In this document: positions 61,431 through 64,000 of the stretch, piece by piece
How the letters are laid out: the number at the start of each line of letters is the position of its first letter
Position numbering within the stretch: position 1 is the stretch's first letter
The notes under the pieces: generated by a model
What the model was told of the DNA's origin: nothing
The model's database searches: none
What the model saw: only the letters and a program-made list of their open reading frames with translations
Program-made: the position numbers and the translations under genes
Assembly: GCA_963713825.1 (NCBI GenBank)
Contig: CAVQNG010000001.1
Span: 1-64,000 of the forward strand
DNA length: 64,000 nt
From: an uncultured Acidobacteriota bacterium
GTDB taxonomy: Bacteria > Acidobacteriota > Thermoanaerobaculia > Multivoradales > JAHEKO01
Direction: 5' to 3'

Positions 61431-62909
61431 ATGAAAGCGACAGCGTGGACCACCTTCGTTCTGGCCGGAGTGCTGACCATCGGCCCGACAACCCCCCTTT
61501 CCGCCGCCGACATACCCACCGAACCGCTTGGCGGCAAGCCGCCGGCGGACACGAAGGCGTCGTTTTCCGATTTCGATACCTTCAAGGATCAGGTGCTATA
61601 TCAGCGCGCCTTCGAGGCCGTTCTGTGGTCCGTACCGATGGTCAACAAGCTGGGCCTGCGTCGCGGCACCTTTGCGATCGGTGGCGGCGACAACGTGGTT
61701 CTCGCCTGGTCGGCGGGCGTGAAGCCCTATTTCGAGGCGCTGACCCCGAACAATGTCTCGCCCTACGTCAACTGCACGATGGACCTCAGCCAAGGGCCGG
61801 TCGTGGTCGAGGTGCCCCCGGCGAATGACAAGGCTGGCCTGTTCGGGCAGATCGCGGATCACTGGTATCAGACCTTCGTCGACATCGGTCCGATCGGCAT
61901 CGACAAGGGCAAAGGCGCCAAGCTGGTCCTCACCCCTCCGGGCTGGACGGGCGACATCCCCAAGGGCTTTACCGAAGTCAAGAGCCCCAGCTTCCGCATC
62001 GATTTCGCGTTTCGCAACGTACCGTCTCCAACGGGAACGCAGAAGGATCTCGACGCGCTCGCCAGCAAGGTCGCCGTCTACAACCTGTCGGAGCTTCCCA
62101 ACCCGGCGCCGACGAAGTTCATCGACCCGTTGAATGAACGCTGGCCAACGCTGGCGCGGTATGACGAGCGCTGGTTCGAGGACCTGCACGACATCATCAG
62201 CATCGAGAACGCCATGCCGCGGGACAAGACGATGATGGGCCTGCTCAAGACCATCGGGATCGAGAAGGGCAAGCCCTACGCCCCAGACGACGAGACCAAG
62301 GCGATCTACCGCAAGGCGGTGGTGGACGCCTATCACTACATGCAGGCGACCTTCGAGCGGGAACTACCAGGAGAAGGGTGGTGGGACGACCGCAAGTGGC
62401 GCAACATTTTCTTCCACGACGAGAACATGGGCTTCACTTGGGAGACGGACACCCTGGTGGATTACGACATGCGGGCGGTGCGCCCATGGTTCTCGGCCAT
62501 CTATTTTCCGGCGAAGGTCGCAGAGAAACCGGCGACGATGTATATCGCCACGATGCATGACGAGAACGGCAACCTCATGGAAGCGGGCAAAACCTACTCG
62601 CTGACTGTGCCCAAGGATGTGCCCGTCAAGCAGTTCTGGTCGCTGACGATCTACGACCGCGAGACCTTTACCTTCATCTACTCGCCTCAGGAGCTTCCGG
62701 GCCTTTCCTCGCGCGATACCGACAAGATGAAAAAGAACGATGACGGCAGCGTGACGCTCTACTTCGGCCCCAAGGCACCCGACGGGCTGGAGGCGAACTG
62801 GATCCCGACCTCCGGCAAGGCACCCTATGCCATGTTCCGTTTCTACGGCCCCGAGGAGGCTTTCTACAACAAGACCTTCAAGCTGGAGGATGTGGAGCTG
62901 GTCGAGTAG
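61431..62909 (+). CDS. DUF1254/DUF1214 exported protein (paralogue 7)
   Basis: Signal peptide, LTPNNVSPY, GIDKGKG, FWSLTIYD, FRFYGP. Confidence 0.9.
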   Translation: MKATAWTTFVLAGVLTIGPTTPLSAADIPTEPLGGKPPADTKASFSDFDTFKDQVLYQRAFEAVLWSVPMVNKLGLRRGTFAIGGGDNVVLAWSAGVKPYFEALTPNNVSPYVNCTMDLSQGPVVVEVPPANDKAGLFGQIADHWYQTFVDIGPIGIDKGKGAKLVLTPPGWTGDIPKGFTEVKSPSFRIDFAFRNVPSPTGTQKDLDALASKVAVYNLSELPNPAPTKFIDPLNERWPTLARYDERWFEDLHDIISIENAMPRDKTMMGLLKTIGIEKGKPYAPDDETKAIYRKAVVDAYHYMQATFERELPGEGWWDDRKWRNIFFHDENMGFTWETDTLVDYDMRAVRPWFSAIYFPAKVAEKPATMYIATMHDENGNLMEAGKTYSLTVPKDVPVKQFWSLTIYDRETFTFIYSPQELPGLSSRDTDKMKKNDDGSVTLYFGPKAPDGLEANWIPTSGKAPYAMFRFYGPEEAFYNKTFKLEDVELVE

Positions 62910-62914
62910 GCGAA

Positions 62915-62984
62915 ATCCCACTCATTTCCCCCTCGATTCCTTCCTATTGTGAGGGATTCGCCGGTCGGCCGGGGGTTGGAGAAT
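62915..62984 (+). promoter_or_regulatory. Conserved promoter motif, copy 6
   Basis: ATCCCACTCATTTCCCCCTCGATTCCTTCCTATTGTGA-GGGAT(62953-57)-21 nt-GAGAAT. Confidence 0.75.
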
Positions 62985-63019
62985 GGGAAGGCAAAGGATA
63001 AGGCTAAGGGGGTTGAAAC

Positions 63020-63283
63020 ATGCCTGAACAGTCAGAAACCCAAGATATCGAGTTTAGTGGGCCAGCCACCTATCGCATCGTTGTCCAGGGGGTTGTGAAC
63101 CAGGACTGGGCCGACCGTCTTGCCGGGCTGAAGATCAGCACGGTGAGCCGAGGTGACCACTCCGCCCATTCGACCCTGGAGGGGCCGATCCGCGATCAGG
63201 CCGAGCTCAGCGGTGTGCTCGAGACCCTCTACGGCTTGCACCTGCCGATCCTGACGGTGGAGAAAGTGGAAGACACGAACTGA
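63020..63283 (+). CDS. Small ACT-like hypothetical protein (copy 3)
   Basis: FSGPATYRIVVQG...LEGPIRDQAELSGVLETLYGLHLPILTV. Confidence 0.82.
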   Translation: MPEQSETQDIEFSGPATYRIVVQGVVNQDWADRLAGLKISTVSRGDHSAHSTLEGPIRDQAELSGVLETLYGLHLPILTVEKVEDTN

Positions 63284-63375
63284 TCGATGCAGCCATTCGA
63301 TCGCAGATCGAGGGCCTCGGCTTTCCTGACCATGAATTCTGGCCATTGCTTCTCGATTGCAGGTAAGACCCTGTC

Positions 63376-64000
63376 ATGACGCGAAGCCACGCCATCCGCT
63401 GGTTACGGTTTGCCGGCGTCTGTATCGCCCTGGCTACCGTCGCTGCAACACCAGCGGTAGCGAATAAGACTGACCAGATCCACATCGCAGGGATTGTGAT
63501 CGTGGGTGAGGTCAAGAGCCTCGAACGGGGCCGACTGCGGATCAGCACCGACTTCATGGGCACGGTCGAGGCGGACTGGGCGCAGGTCACGCGACTCGAC
63601 AGCAAGAAATGGTTCGAGGTCGAAGTCCGGGACGGTCATCGCTATTTTGGCAACATCGTGGACAGTGGCGAAGACAGTGTCCTCGCCGTTGAAGGCGACG
63701 ACACCACGGTGCGCCTGCCGTTCTCTGAGCTGGTGCTGATCAATCAGTCGAAGGAGGGCTTCTGGGGAAAGATCGACCTCAGTCTCGCCCTGGGCTACAG
63801 CTTCGTGCAAGCGACCGATACCACTCAAGGGTCCATCACCGGTGATGTCAGCCGCCGGACCCGACGCTTCTACAGCCAGTTTCATCTGCTGTCGATCCTC
63901 AGCGAGACGGGTGATGACCGCTTCACGCGCAACGATGTCTCGTGGACCATCACCCGGGCCCTGAAGGGCCGCTGGACCTATGATGCCGCAGCCGAATTCC
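63376..64000 (+). CDS. DUF481-like outer-membrane protein (partial, runs off the window)
   Basis: Signal peptide, KTDQI..., GEVKSLERGRLRISTDFMG, FWGKIDLSLALGYS; open to the end of the window. Confidence 0.7.
   Translation, partial: MTRSHAIRWLRFAGVCIALATVAATPAVANKTDQIHIAGIVIVGEVKSLERGRLRISTDFMGTVEADWAQVTRLDSKKWFEVEVRDGHRYFGNIVDSGEDSVLAVEGDDTTVRLPFSELVLINQSKEGFWGKIDLSLALGYSFVQATDTTQGSITGDVSRRTRRFYSQFHLLSILSETGDDRFTRNDVSWTITRALKGRWTYDAAAEF

Noticed and set aside
46878-62909. DUF1254 paralogues as targets of a diversity-generating retroelement or shufflon
   Set aside because: No reverse transcriptase, invertase or near-identical TR/VR pair; the paralogues differ throughout their length.

Overview
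GC-rich bacterial accessory region with no housekeeping genes. The host may be an Acidobacteriota/Thermoanaerobaculia-like diderm; this is inferred from a C-terminal 'LFANSFESGDTSGWS' tail and a TamB-TamA fusion. Two layers of organisation stand out. (1) A tandem array of integrated elements. Three near-identical junctions (about 6.2-6.6, 30.5-30.9 and 36.2-36.5 kb) each hold a 58-nt 3' half of tRNA-Leu(TAA), flanked on both sides by a perfect 19-mer GGTAACAATTTTGGTAACA at conserved spacing, with a repA-family gene abutting the left side. They delimit complete units of 24.3 kb and 5.6 kb that carry no recognisable site-specific integrase. (2) A putative regulon inside the cargo. It includes two MalT-like STAND/LuxR regulators and six copies of a C-rich promoter motif ending in GGGAT, each exactly 21 nt before a -10-like hexamer. 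Downstream genes include seven DUF1254/DUF1214 exported paralogues, three ~86-aa ACT-like microproteins, SphA-type outer-membrane channels, MscS channels and hydrolases (sulfatase, phosphatase, esterase, patatin). Also present are two type IV AbiE TA loci, an MNT-HepT locus with a deleted toxin, VapBC and one IS481-like element. Several single-base frameshifts may be sequencing errors. All family assignments are from motif recognition, not database searches.
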